DNA of 64,000 bases from Synergistota bacterium. Its GTDB lineage: Bacteria > Synergistota > GBS-1. The first letter of the stretch is position 1. Each line of letters starts with the position of its first letter. The stretch covers positions 16,118-80,117 of the forward strand of contig JAGHDO010000068.1 of assembly GCA_021159885.1 (NCBI GenBank). The letters are read 5' to 3'. The notes under the pieces were generated by a model, which ran no database searches, was not told where the DNA came from, and saw only the letters and a program-made list of their open reading frames with translations. This document shows, piece by piece, positions 41,745 through 51,183 of the stretch. The position numbers were made by a program, and so were the translations under genes.

Positions 41745-42295
41745 TAAAAATTATCATTCCTCCACAGATTTTTTGAACTCGTTGAAACCGCATCTACCAC
41801 TTTAAGAAGCTTTTTCAATTCCGCTTTGGTGCTAACCAATCCTCCGGTTATAACGTTTATTCCCAACGCTTTAAAAAGCCTTCCGACCTTAAGGGCAGAG
41901 CAACCCGGCAGTATCTCAACTATCTCAACACCATTGGTTTTAACCTGATTATACGCTTTCTCAACCGCCTTCGAATCGAGCGCAAATATACGCAATATAA
42001 AAGGTACCTTTACCTTCCTTGCGTAGTGAAAATTGCATAGCTTAACGCTTATTATGCCATCTACTCCTATAGCTTTAAGGTACTCTACAGCAGCCTTTCC
42101 ATCAGAAAGGCCATCTATGAAGTCCATATCAACGTAAACATCTTTTCCCGCTTCCTTACAAGCCTTTACCTCCTCAGGAAGCTTACATAAGCTGGAGTTT
42201 AGAATAAAGACGGTCTTAACGGGGATCATTGTGGGATCGATAAAATCCCAGAGAGAGGCTATAACTCCCTTAAGCAGGGGATTTATAACTCGCAT
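41744..42295 (-). CDS. glpP: glycerol-3-phosphate-responsive antiterminator GlpP
   Basis: 183 aa. It matches GlpP along its length, including EILPG, VITGGLV and the C-terminal AVSTSSKNLW. Confidence 0.75.
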   Translation of the reverse strand: MRVINPLLKGVIASLWDFIDPTMIPVKTVFILNSSLCKLPEEVKACKEAGKDVYVDMDFIDGLSDGKAAVEYLKAIGVDGIISVKLCNFHYARKVKVPFILRIFALDSKAVEKAYNQVKTNGVEIVEILPGCSALKVGRLFKALGINVITGGLVSTKAELKKLLKVVDAVSTSSKNLWRNDNF

Positions 42296-44778
42296 TTCTC
42301 TCCTACCAACTTCCTGACTTCCTCAGCGGTACCGAGATTTAGCGCCTCCTCTGCGAGTTCTTTAAGCTCAGAGAACCTCAGTCTTCTTATTAAAGCCTTA
42401 GCGGGCGGTATAAGCCGCGCGTTCATGCTCAGCTCGTCCACCCCCATACCCACGAGAATAGGAATCGCCTCCTTTTGCCCCGCCATCTCCCCACAAACGC
42501 CCACCCATTTACCGCAGGCGTGGGCTCCCTCCACCACCATCTTTATAAGTTTCAAAACCGCGGGGTTCAGAGAATCGAAGAGATAGCTCAACGACTTATT
42601 GCCTCTATCGCAAGCAAGGGTATACTGTGTAAGATCATTTGTACCTATGCTGAAGAAGGCAACTTCCTTAGCAAGATGCTCGCTTACTATAGCCGCGGAT
42701 GGGATCTCAACCATAATTCCCATCTCAACCTTCTCCGAATAGTCTACCCCCTTCTTCTCAAGCTCTTCCTTACATTCTTCAAGAATTTCCTTCGCCCACC
42801 TTACCTCATCGAGAGTGGCAACCATCGGAAGCATGAACTTAAGATTTCCCTTAAGTCCTGCCCTTAATATAGCTTTAATCTGGCTCTTTAGCAAGTCCGG
42901 ATACAGCTTCTGAAGCCTTATTGCCCTTACCCCTAAGAAAGGATTATCTTCTCTTGACATAGGTATATAAGAGAGAGGCTTATCTCCCCCAACATCCAGC
43001 GTCCTTATTATAACGGGCTTATCTCCCATAATTTCAGCAACGCGGGAATAAGCCACATATTGCTCCTCTTCTGACGGCATCTCGCTCCTGTTTAAAAACA
43101 AAAACTCGGTTCTTAAAAGCCCTATGCCTTCGGCTCCAAACTCAAGGATTTCACTGACCGTCTCGAGATTACCGACGTTGGCTACCACCTCAATTCCATG
43201 TTCATCCAAGGTAATTGCAGGCTCCTTAGCCTTTGCCAGAAACTCTCTTTCGAGGGCTTCCGTCTCCTCTCTTTTTCTCTCAAAGACTTGAATGAGATCC
43301 TGAGGAGGATTCACTATGAGTTTTCCCTCGCTACCATCGAGTGCGACCCTGGTCCCGCTCGGAATTTTCATTACTTCCGATCCAAGTCCAACAACTGAAG
43401 GTATACCCCACATACGTGCAAGGATAGCAGCATGGGATGTGGTTCCCCCTTGAGCGACAGCTATCCCCGCTATAAGATTCCTATCCAAGGAAGCAGTTTC
43501 AGATGGAAGAAGCTCCTCTGCTATTAAAACCACTTTATCCTCTCCCTCTATCTTAAACTTAAACTCCCCCTCACCAGACAGAATTCTCAAGACTCTATCA
43601 GCAATATCTCTAATATCAGCCGATCTCTCCTTCATAAGCTCTGTATCCTGATTTTCAAGCTTTTCGGCCCATTCTTCAAGAACACTTGATATCGCCTCAC
43701 TCGCAGAAGCGCCTTTCTCCCTGATAAGCGACTCAACCTGAGAGAGCATCTTTTCATCTTTTAAGACCATCGCATGAAAGTCAAATATAGCTGCTACCTT
43801 GGGATCCCCTTCCTTAGATATTCTCTCCTTAAGCCCTCTGATCTCCTTGAGCGCCAAAGATATAGCTTCTTTAACCTTTTGAAGCTCTTCCTCAGGAGAT
43901 CCCTTTGACTCCTTTTTACTATCCTTCTTCCTTCTAAAAAAAACATAAGCAGGTGCTACCACATATCCAGGATAAACTGGCGTTCCTCTAAACTCGCCCT
44001 TTGTTATCGTTTCCTCCTTCTGAATATCAATGGATTCAGCCCTCCCAGATTCGCTCTCAACCTCACCAAAGCCCGACTCAACAAGCTCTTTCAATGCCTT
44101 AAGTGCTTCCTCTGCATCCTCACCCTGAGCGCTTATCCTTATCCACTCCCCCTTATTTGCGGTACCGTTAACTGCCATTTCCATTACGCTTTTGGCATCT
44201 GCTGGGGGCTTGCCAGCCGTGATATTCTGAACAATGATCTTAGACTTAAACTTATTCGCAAGTTGAACAAAAATAGCAGAAGGTCTCGCGTGCAAGCCCG
44301 TGGGGTTTATAATCTGAACCTCAACGCTCTTTACCTCACCCTTAGAAGCCTCCTTCTCCTTTTGAGGCAAAGGAGCTTCCTCTCCCTGAACCTTAATAAC
44401 GGGAACCTCCTCTGCTCTTTTCTTTACTTCATCCAAAGATAAACCTTGGGCTGTAGCCGCCGCGGCGGCTACAGCCCCCTCGACCAAAGGAGCGTTGCAT
44501 AGCTTTATTCCTGCCTGCATTTCCTCAGGCAAGGATTCCACACACATCTGCGTTGTCATTATAGCGCTACCAAGATCCATGAGGATCAAAACCCCATCTT
44601 CGCTATAAACTTCGTTTATAGCATTCAGGATCTTCTCAAAGCTCGTGCCTAAGCTTCCATCATCAAGCCCCCCGGCAGCCCTTATTGGGATTTCCTTTCC
44701 CCCCGTCATCTGCTTGGCAAGCTCCACCACACCTTCAGCCAATTTATCGCTGTGAGAAACTACAACGATTCCTACCAT
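42283..44778 (-). CDS. dhaM: DhaM-type multiphosphoryl transfer protein: EIIA(Man-like)-HPr-Enzyme I fusion
   Basis: N-terminal DhaM/EIIA-Man-like domain, HPr domain (TGLHARPSA), and full Enzyme I including the PEP-utilizing TIM-barrel motifs. RBS AAAGGAGG. Confidence 0.8.
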   Translation of the reverse strand: MVGIVVVSHSDKLAEGVVELAKQMTGGKEIPIRAAGGLDDGSLGTSFEKILNAINEVYSEDGVLILMDLGSAIMTTQMCVESLPEEMQAGIKLCNAPLVEGAVAAAAATAQGLSLDEVKKRAEEVPVIKVQGEEAPLPQKEKEASKGEVKSVEVQIINPTGLHARPSAIFVQLANKFKSKIIVQNITAGKPPADAKSVMEMAVNGTANKGEWIRISAQGEDAEEALKALKELVESGFGEVESESGRAESIDIQKEETITKGEFRGTPVYPGYVVAPAYVFFRRKKDSKKESKGSPEEELQKVKEAISLALKEIRGLKERISKEGDPKVAAIFDFHAMVLKDEKMLSQVESLIREKGASASEAISSVLEEWAEKLENQDTELMKERSADIRDIADRVLRILSGEGEFKFKIEGEDKVVLIAEELLPSETASLDRNLIAGIAVAQGGTTSHAAILARMWGIPSVVGLGSEVMKIPSGTRVALDGSEGKLIVNPPQDLIQVFERKREETEALEREFLAKAKEPAITLDEHGIEVVANVGNLETVSEILEFGAEGIGLLRTEFLFLNRSEMPSEEEQYVAYSRVAEIMGDKPVIIRTLDVGGDKPLSYIPMSREDNPFLGVRAIRLQKLYPDLLKSQIKAILRAGLKGNLKFMLPMVATLDEVRWAKEILEECKEELEKKGVDYSEKVEMGIMVEIPSAAIVSEHLAKEVAFFSIGTNDLTQYTLACDRGNKSLSYLFDSLNPAVLKLIKMVVEGAHACGKWVGVCGEMAGQKEAIPILVGMGVDELSMNARLIPPAKALIRRLRFSELKELAEEALNLGTAEEVRKLVGEKCEL

Positions 44779-44960
44779 CTGTTTTCCCTCTGCCTCCTTT
44801 TATAAAGAGATATCCAGAAGCCAACCCAAGCTATTGGAAAGAGAATCATATTTAACCATCTATTAACCAGATAGAACATATATTCACTCCAAACGAGAGG
44901 CACTACGAATAACACCACTATGAGCCACCGTGGAAGGCTCTTTTTCTTCAATTTAAGGCT

Positions 44961-45602
44961 TTATCCCCCTTTCTCCTTTTCAACCTCAAGCATAGCTTTA
45001 AAAAGCAGATAGGAAGATGTAGCTCCTGGATCCTGATGCCCAATGCTTCTATCTCCAAGATAGCTCGCTCTTCCCTTCGTAGCCTTCATAGGAATGGTTT
45101 TTTTCATCCCATCCTCAGCAGCACTAACGGCAGCTTCAAGCATTTCTCTTAATGAAGCTCCACTTTTAAGCTTTTCCTCGAAGGCTCTCAAGGCAGGTGC
45201 TATAGCGTCTATCATCGTCTTTTCTCCCTCGGTAGCCTTGCCCCTCATCTGTATACCTTCTAAAGCAGCCTTTAGTGCCTGATAGAGCTCCTCCGGCGTT
45301 ATTTCCTCCTTCTTGTCAAGAACCTTAGCAGCATACATAAAGGCTGTACCGTAAAGGGGCCCTGAGGCTCCTCCAACGCTTGAAACAAGCGCCATAGCAC
45401 AGCTTCTCAAGATAGTGCCTATATCCTTATCCTTAACTCCATCTAAACTACTCATAATCTTTGTGAAACCTCTATCCATGTTTATACCGTGATCGGCATC
45501 CCCTATAGCGGAATCAAGCTCCGTGAGATAATCCTTATTTTGCTTAAGAAGCTCTGCAGCCTTTTGTAGAAATTTTAGTACATCTTCCTTGGTTATCGCC
45601 AT
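44961..45602 (-). CDS. dhaL: dihydroxyacetone kinase, ADP-binding subunit
   Basis: DSAIGDADHGINM signature. Confidence 0.85.
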   Translation of the reverse strand: MAITKEDVLKFLQKAAELLKQNKDYLTELDSAIGDADHGINMDRGFTKIMSSLDGVKDKDIGTILRSCAMALVSSVGGASGPLYGTAFMYAAKVLDKKEEITPEELYQALKAALEGIQMRGKATEGEKTMIDAIAPALRAFEEKLKSGASLREMLEAAVSAAEDGMKKTIPMKATKGRASYLGDRSIGHQDPGATSSYLLFKAMLEVEKEKGG

Positions 45603-45605
45603 TCC

Positions 45606-46607
45606 CTATACACCCCAACGCAAAGCTGGTGTCTTTACAGGAGCATCCCAAAGCTCCTTAAGCTCATCGTCGAGTTTAAGTAGGGTGATAGAAACGCCTT
45701 GCATTTCAAGTGAAGTTATGTAGCGTCCTATAAGCTTCCTCGCTATCTTTATGCCCTTACCCTCAAGGATCTGATGAAGCTTCCTGTAAACTATATAGAG
45801 CTCTATATCAGGAGTTCCTCCCATACTATTAACAAACGCAAGAACCTCATCTCCAGCTTTAAACGGAAGGTCCTCTATAACCGCCTCAGCGAGCATCTCA
45901 GTAATCTCGTCTGCGCTCTTCAATTTCATCCTTTGACGACCCGGTTCACCATGAATCCCTATGCCTATCTCCATCTCATCCTCAGCAAGCTCAAAAGTGG
46001 GCTTACCAGCAGCTGGAACCGTACAGGGAGTAAGCGCCATACCCATGCTTCTACCCCAGCCGTTCACCTTACGACAAAGATCTGCTAGCTTCTTAAGATC
46101 ATACCCCTTTTCAGCTGCAGCTCCGCATATCTTTTCAGCAAGCACGGTCGTTCCAACGCCACGCCTTCCCTGCGTGTAGAGGCTGTTCTCCACCGCTACA
46201 TCATCATCAATTATCACGCTCTCCACTTCTATGCCCTCTGACCTAAGCATGTCAGCTGCCATATCGAAATTCATAACGTCCCCACTATAATTCTTAACGA
46301 TGAAGAGTACCCCAGCACCACCATGAACCTTCTTAGCAGCCTCATACATCTGATCCGGCGTCGGTGAGGTGAAGACCTCGCCAGGGCAAGCAGCATCGAG
46401 CATTCCCATGCCAACAAAGCCGGCATGCATGGGCTCATGTCCGCTGCCTCCACCGGAAACTATAGCGACCTTATCCTTAACGGGAGCATCCGCACGATAG
46501 ACGAAGTTAGGTCCAAAGTTTACCTTAACGAGCTCGGGCCAGGCTAACCCCAATCCCTCCAATGACTCCTTTACTACATCCTCCGGCTTGTTGATCAGCT
46601 TCTTCAA
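45606..46607 (-). CDS. dhaK: dihydroxyacetone kinase, DHA-binding subunit
   Basis: [10 protein letters not shown] signature. Confidence 0.9.
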   Translation of the reverse strand: MKKLINKPEDVVKESLEGLGLAWPELVKVNFGPNFVYRADAPVKDKVAIVSGGGSGHEPMHAGFVGMGMLDAACPGEVFTSPTPDQMYEAAKKVHGGAGVLFIVKNYSGDVMNFDMAADMLRSEGIEVESVIIDDDVAVENSLYTQGRRGVGTTVLAEKICGAAAEKGYDLKKLADLCRKVNGWGRSMGMALTPCTVPAAGKPTFELAEDEMEIGIGIHGEPGRQRMKLKSADEITEMLAEAVIEDLPFKAGDEVLAFVNSMGGTPDIELYIVYRKLHQILEGKGIKIARKLIGRYITSLEMQGVSITLLKLDDELKELWDAPVKTPALRWGV

Positions 46608-46609
46608 CC

Positions 46610-47428
46610 TTACTCGCCTCCCTGTTCTCCCTCCTTCTTCTCAGGAAGGAAAGGTGTGATAAAGAGATCATAAAGAATCACTCCAAGAGGACCTCCAATC
46701 AGGGGTCCTATGATTGGTGCCACTATCCAATATGGACCGCTAAATAAGCCCTTGGTTCCAACGAGAGCGCCAAAAAGTCTTGGTCCAAGATCACGCGCAG
46801 GATTGATGGCGTATCCGCTGGGACCACCAAGGGTAAGACCCACGGTAAGAACCACAAACCCAACCAACAGAGGACCCATGTTAGCCTTAGCTCCAAGGTT
46901 CCTTTCATCCAACACGGCCATAACTCCGATAAGAAGCACCGCCGTTCCAAATATCTCAGCTATGGTTGCGTTAGCCAGTGAATAAGAAGCCACTGCCTTC
47001 GCCGTTGATACCGCACCCCAGAAGGCCTTCTCAAAGACGGATCCAGGTCCGGTACACCATACATTGGGCATTCCGGTAGCTTTAAGGCCATCATAGTAAA
47101 CGAGATAAACGCCCAAACCACCAACAAAGCCACCAGCGGTTTGAGCTATCCAATAAGGTATAACCTTAGCCCATGAGAAGCCCCTCTTAACGGCAAGCGC
47201 AAACGTAACCGCGGGATTGATGTGAGCACCTGAAACTCCCCCAGCAGCATAGACGGCAAGAAAGACCGCGAATCCCCATCCAAAGGCTATGGTATTCCAG
47301 TTATACGCGACCGATGCCAATCTCGGTGCGAGTCCAACATGAGCCACGACGCCATCTCCCAAGAGAACCAAAAGAAACGTTCCGAAGAATTCCGCTGCCA
47401 GTTCTCCACCCAGCGAGTTCCGTTTCAT
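46610..47428 (-). CDS. glpF: glycerol uptake facilitator (aquaglyceroporin)
   Basis: Two NPA boxes (HINPAVT, AINPARD) and six TM helices. Confidence 0.9.
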   Translation of the reverse strand: MKRNSLGGELAAEFFGTFLLVLLGDGVVAHVGLAPRLASVAYNWNTIAFGWGFAVFLAVYAAGGVSGAHINPAVTFALAVKRGFSWAKVIPYWIAQTAGGFVGGLGVYLVYYDGLKATGMPNVWCTGPGSVFEKAFWGAVSTAKAVASYSLANATIAEIFGTAVLLIGVMAVLDERNLGAKANMGPLLVGFVVLTVGLTLGGPSGYAINPARDLGPRLFGALVGTKGLFSGPYWIVAPIIGPLIGGPLGVILYDLFITPFLPEKKEGEQGGE

Positions 47429-47471
47429 ACCTTTCGTCCCCCCTTCCGGTTAGTTGTTTTCCATAATCTAT

Positions 47472-47518
47472 GCCCTAAAGGAAAAGCCACACTTTAGCTG
47501 TCCCCAAAGTGTGGCTTT
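47472..47518 (-). terminator. leader intrinsic terminator / attenuator upstream of glpF (paralogue of the glpK leader)
   Basis: On the minus strand a 13-bp stem AAAGCCACACUUU / AAAGUGUGGCUUU with a 10-nt loop, then UCCUUUAGGG. Confidence 0.55.
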
Positions 47519-47564
47519 CTCCCCTCCTCTGCCACTTAATCAATATTTCATTATTCTACAGTAA

Positions 47565-47593
47565 AGGATATCAAAAAAGCCTCACAAAGTCAA
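47565..47593 (-). promoter_or_regulatory. putative glpF operon promoter (paralogue of the glpK promoter)
   Basis: Minus strand reads TTGACTTTGTGAGGCTTTTTTGATATCCT (TTGACT, 17-nt spacer, TATCCT). The -35 overlaps the nth stop codon. Confidence 0.45.
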
Positions 47594-48237
47594 GAATATT
47601 TTCGGCACTCCTCCCGGAGAGGGCATGAGCCACACTCCGGATTTCGAGGTCTGCAAAATCGCCTTCCTATTGATATAAGTAGCTTATGAGCTCGCAATCT
47701 CTCACCCGGGGGGAAAAGCTCCATTAGTTTTACTTTCATAAATTCGTATCCATCTTTCTGTTCTGCAATACCAAATCTTTTTAAGATTCTGCCTATGTGC
47801 CTATCTATTGCAAAAGTGTTCTCATAACCAAGATGTAATAAAATAACATCCGCAGTTTTGAAACCTATTCCCTTTATGGAAAGCAAAGCCTCTCGAGGAT
47901 TATCCTCTTTAAGAAGATTTCGCATATCTCCTTCCCATCTTTTAATAACCGCCTCTGCAAGGTTCCTAATCGTCCTCGCTTTAGCACGCTTAAGACCCGA
48001 GGGTGATATAAGCCTTTCCAGCTCGTTCTGTGATAGGGATATAATCTTTCGAGGCGTTATCTTTCCACTTAATGTATCTCTCATCAGATTAAAAGCCTTT
48101 ATAGCATTCAAATCAGACGTATTTTGAGACAGCACGGTGGCTATCGCAATCTCAAATGGATCCTCCGAGATAGAACTTGAAAAAACACCATTTAAGCTTG
48201 CCTTTTTAAGAAGAAGGTCTCTTAGGCTCATGAGCAA
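47590..48237 (-). CDS. nth: endonuclease III-like HhH-GPD base-excision glycosylase with [4Fe-4S] cluster
   Basis: HhH-GPD core and the C-terminal CRPRNPECGSCPLREEC cluster loop. Confidence 0.8.
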   Translation of the reverse strand: MLMSLRDLLLKKASLNGVFSSSISEDPFEIAIATVLSQNTSDLNAIKAFNLMRDTLSGKITPRKIISLSQNELERLISPSGLKRAKARTIRNLAEAVIKRWEGDMRNLLKEDNPREALLSIKGIGFKTADVILLHLGYENTFAIDRHIGRILKRFGIAEQKDGYEFMKVKLMELFPPGERLRAHKLLISIGRRFCRPRNPECGSCPLREECRKYS

Positions 48238-48247
48238 CTATGTAATT

Positions 48248-49756
48248 TCACTTAATCCAAGCCTTCTTAACGGGAGCCATGACCTTTTTACCGTTCGCAA
48301 GGGTTATAACTATTCTGAAAGCGCTATTCCTATCAGCAGCAACGCTATTATCGTAACACCAAAGATTAAGCCTCTTTTTCCCTGCCACCCTTATGTATAT
48401 CGAACCATCGTAAGCGCTAAGAAGCTTTCCTCTCCCATCCGTAACAGCGATCACAGGATATCCGTTTCCATAGTAGGTGTCCCAGCGAGCAAAACCACCC
48501 CTGGTTGAGTAAAGCTCTATCCCAGTTATAACCGCATTCCCCTTAACCCTCAGTATCAAGTGAAGATCCGGTCTGTAATCCTTTCTGAGAACCTCAGCGC
48601 TTGAAACCAAATCCTTAGGCCCATTTCCCATTACCGTACAGCTTTCAACGATAAGAGGGGTTCTATAAATCTCCTTTCTCTTAACCAAGGAAACTGCCCT
48701 TCTACCGTTTGAAAACCAAATCGTTATTCTATACCTTGTGCGAGGATCATTTATACTTCCATTGTCCCAAACATAGAGATAAAGAAGCTTGCTTCCCATA
48801 AGAGGAATATTTACAGACCCATTAGAAAGATTAAGCAGATTCCCCCAGTCATCGGTTACGGCTATGACGGGTTTCCCATCACCAGGAATGGTATTCCAGA
48901 TCGAATACCTTCCACTAACGTTCCTTATCTCAATCGCAGTTATGGAAACGCCCTTCCCTTTTAACCTCACAGCAAATCTTCCATCTCCATATCCATCTGG
49001 GCTTATTTCCTCCCACGGTCCAACGTAATCAAGGGAGGAAAGTCCATACAAAACGGCACTTTCTATATAAGGACCGATAGAGGGCCTTGAAAGCCGAGTA
49101 AGCTTCCAGTTGAAAAACTCAACGCTTGAGGAATATTCTCCCGTAGACCTTGCGAAGAAGCCCACATATTTAAACGGCGTCTTTCTAAGCAGTAAGCTTC
49201 CAACGAGCTTCCAAGAATCGTTAAGACTCCTTCTAAAGAGAAAATTAAGCCTACTCCCCACCTTTTTTACCATCAAGAATCCTTCCCTCGCCCTGAACGG
49301 CATCTCAAACCTGCCCTTTGACTCGGGAAAAGCGCTAAGAGAGAGAGGCGATAGCCTACAGTTGCCTGGTATAGATCCCTCAATCTTTACTCTATTTTTC
49401 CCAACTACCTCAAAAAGCAAGAAAAATGTCCTCGTTTCTCTCCCATCCCAGAGAATCAACCCAAATGAGCTTGACGGATATTTCATTCTCGCTTTAAAGG
49501 CGGTTTCAAACCTCCAGCTTCCCGCAGGAATTTCCTTCACAAGGAGGGGAGCCCCCTCTTCGGTCCTTCCCTTACGGTAGCACCCCCATATATCCTGGTA
49601 AGGGTTAGAAAACAGATAAAGCCTTTGAGCACCAAAGAAACGATAAACATCGTTCCCTTCTGGATCACTCCACCTCCAACCGAGAGCAAAAGAAGCATCT
49701 ACTATAAGCCACAAGACGCAGATAATCACCACTCCCACAAACGCAATTTTTTTCAT
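48248..49756 (-). CDS. secreted/membrane-anchored hypothetical protein with two tandem ~90-aa repeats
   Basis: N-terminal hydrophobic signal. The C-terminal half holds two similar repeats (SITAIEIRNVSGRYSIWNTIPGDGKPVIAVTDDWGNLL... and VITGIELYSTRGGFARWDTYYGNGYPVIAVTDGRGKLL...). Confidence 0.5.
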   Translation of the reverse strand: MKKIAFVGVVIICVLWLIVDASFALGWRWSDPEGNDVYRFFGAQRLYLFSNPYQDIWGCYRKGRTEEGAPLLVKEIPAGSWRFETAFKARMKYPSSSFGLILWDGRETRTFFLLFEVVGKNRVKIEGSIPGNCRLSPLSLSAFPESKGRFEMPFRAREGFLMVKKVGSRLNFLFRRSLNDSWKLVGSLLLRKTPFKYVGFFARSTGEYSSSVEFFNWKLTRLSRPSIGPYIESAVLYGLSSLDYVGPWEEISPDGYGDGRFAVRLKGKGVSITAIEIRNVSGRYSIWNTIPGDGKPVIAVTDDWGNLLNLSNGSVNIPLMGSKLLYLYVWDNGSINDPRTRYRITIWFSNGRRAVSLVKRKEIYRTPLIVESCTVMGNGPKDLVSSAEVLRKDYRPDLHLILRVKGNAVITGIELYSTRGGFARWDTYYGNGYPVIAVTDGRGKLLSAYDGSIYIRVAGKKRLNLWCYDNSVAADRNSAFRIVITLANGKKVMAPVKKAWIK

Positions 49757-49811
49757 CTATATATCCCTCCCGAGAGCTTAAAAGATTCCTTAAAGAAGAT
49801 TATAGCAGAAG

Positions 49812-49850
49812 AAAAAAATTGAGGGGCACCGCCTTAAGGCGGTGCCCCTC
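49812..49850 (-). terminator. strong intrinsic terminator downstream of gdhA
   Basis: Perfect 13-bp stem GAGGGGCACCGCC-TTAA-GGCGGTGCCCCTC, followed on the minus strand by AAUUUUUUU. Confidence 0.7.
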
Positions 49851-49878
49851 AAAGAAATGAACTCCCGTTTATTCCAGA

Positions 49879-51135
49879 TTAGGGCCAGATTCCCCTAACC
49901 TTCATAGCCTCAGCAACTCTCCCTATGGAGAGAACATACGCAGCGGTTCTCATATCTATGTTGTGCTTCTTATGAATGTTGTAAACATCATGGAACGCCT
50001 TGGTCATTATCTTATCGAGCTCCTCGTGAACTCTCTCAACGCTCCACCAGTATCCCATTCTTCCCTGGACCCACTCAAAGTAAGAAACGGTAACACCACC
50101 AGCATTGGTAAGTATATCGGGCAAGCAGATTATACCCTTATCGAATAGAATCTTATCTGCATCCGGGGTCACGGGACCGTTAGCAAGTTCGGATATAACC
50201 TTGGCTCTTATCTTATCGGCATTCTCCTTGGTTATAACGTTCTCGAGAGCTGCGGGCACAAGAACATCAACCTCAAGCTCAAGAAGCTCCTCGTTGGTTA
50301 TCTTGTCAGCATCCTCGTAATTAACGACGGATCCGGTCTTGGTCTTGACCTCCTTCACTTTCTCGTAGTCAAGCCCCCTCGGATTGTAAATGCCACCCTT
50401 GGAGTCGCTGACCGCAACAACTTTCACGCCAAGAAGCTCCGTATAAAGCTTGTGAGCAAAGGAACCAGCATTACCATATCCCTGAATGGCACAGGTAGCG
50501 CCTTCCTTAATGCCAAGGACCTTCATAGCCTCTCTGGTAACGAAAGCTCCGCCTCTCGAGGTCGCATCTCCTCTCCCCTCAGAACCACCAATGATGATCG
50601 GCTTACCGGTGTAAACCCCGGGCTCGCTCCAACCCTTAACCTTCTCATAAGTATCGACGAACCAAGCCATAACCTGAGGATTGGTGTAAACATCAGGTGC
50701 GGGAATATCATAATCAACGCCAACGAAACGGGATATAGCGAGAGAGTAAGCTCTGCTCAACCTTTCAAGCTCGGACTGAGACATCTCCTTAGGATTACAT
50801 GCGATACCGCCCTTCCCGCCACCGTAGGGAATACCAACAGTAGAACACTTCCAAGTCATCCACGCGGAGAGAGCCATAACCTCTTCAAGCGTAACCTCGG
50901 GATGATAGCGAACTCCTCCCTTGTACGGACCGCAGGCGTTGTTATGATGGGAACGATAGGCCTTGAAGACCTTTATCTTACCATCGTCCATTTTAACCGG
51001 TAGGTGCATCACAAGAACCTCTCTTGGATATTTGAGAGCCTCGAAGAGATCATCGCTCACATCCTCAAGATAAGGTCTCGCAGCCTCCATCTGCCTTAGG
51101 ACATTCTCAAATGGATTGGGTTTCTGCTCACACAT
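49879..51135 (-). CDS. gdhA: glutamate dehydrogenase
   Basis: Glu/Leu/Phe/Val dehydrogenase signature GGGKGG and a C-terminal NAD(P)-binding domain. Confidence 0.9.
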   Translation of the reverse strand: MCEQKPNPFENVLRQMEAARPYLEDVSDDLFEALKYPREVLVMHLPVKMDDGKIKVFKAYRSHHNNACGPYKGGVRYHPEVTLEEVMALSAWMTWKCSTVGIPYGGGKGGIACNPKEMSQSELERLSRAYSLAISRFVGVDYDIPAPDVYTNPQVMAWFVDTYEKVKGWSEPGVYTGKPIIIGGSEGRGDATSRGGAFVTREAMKVLGIKEGATCAIQGYGNAGSFAHKLYTELLGVKVVAVSDSKGGIYNPRGLDYEKVKEVKTKTGSVVNYEDADKITNEELLELEVDVLVPAALENVITKENADKIRAKVISELANGPVTPDADKILFDKGIICLPDILTNAGGVTVSYFEWVQGRMGYWWSVERVHEELDKIMTKAFHDVYNIHKKHNIDMRTAAYVLSIGRVAEAMKVRGIWP

Positions 51136-51183
51136 ATTTCATCCCTCCCGCAATTTTTTCTTTCTCCTTTTTCTCTCCTCTGC

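Noticed and set aside
47600-47640. GC-rich palindrome-like stretch CTCCTCCCGGAGAGGG near the nth 3' end as a possible terminator.
   Set aside because: The arms are not truly complementary, and it lies inside the nth coding sequence.
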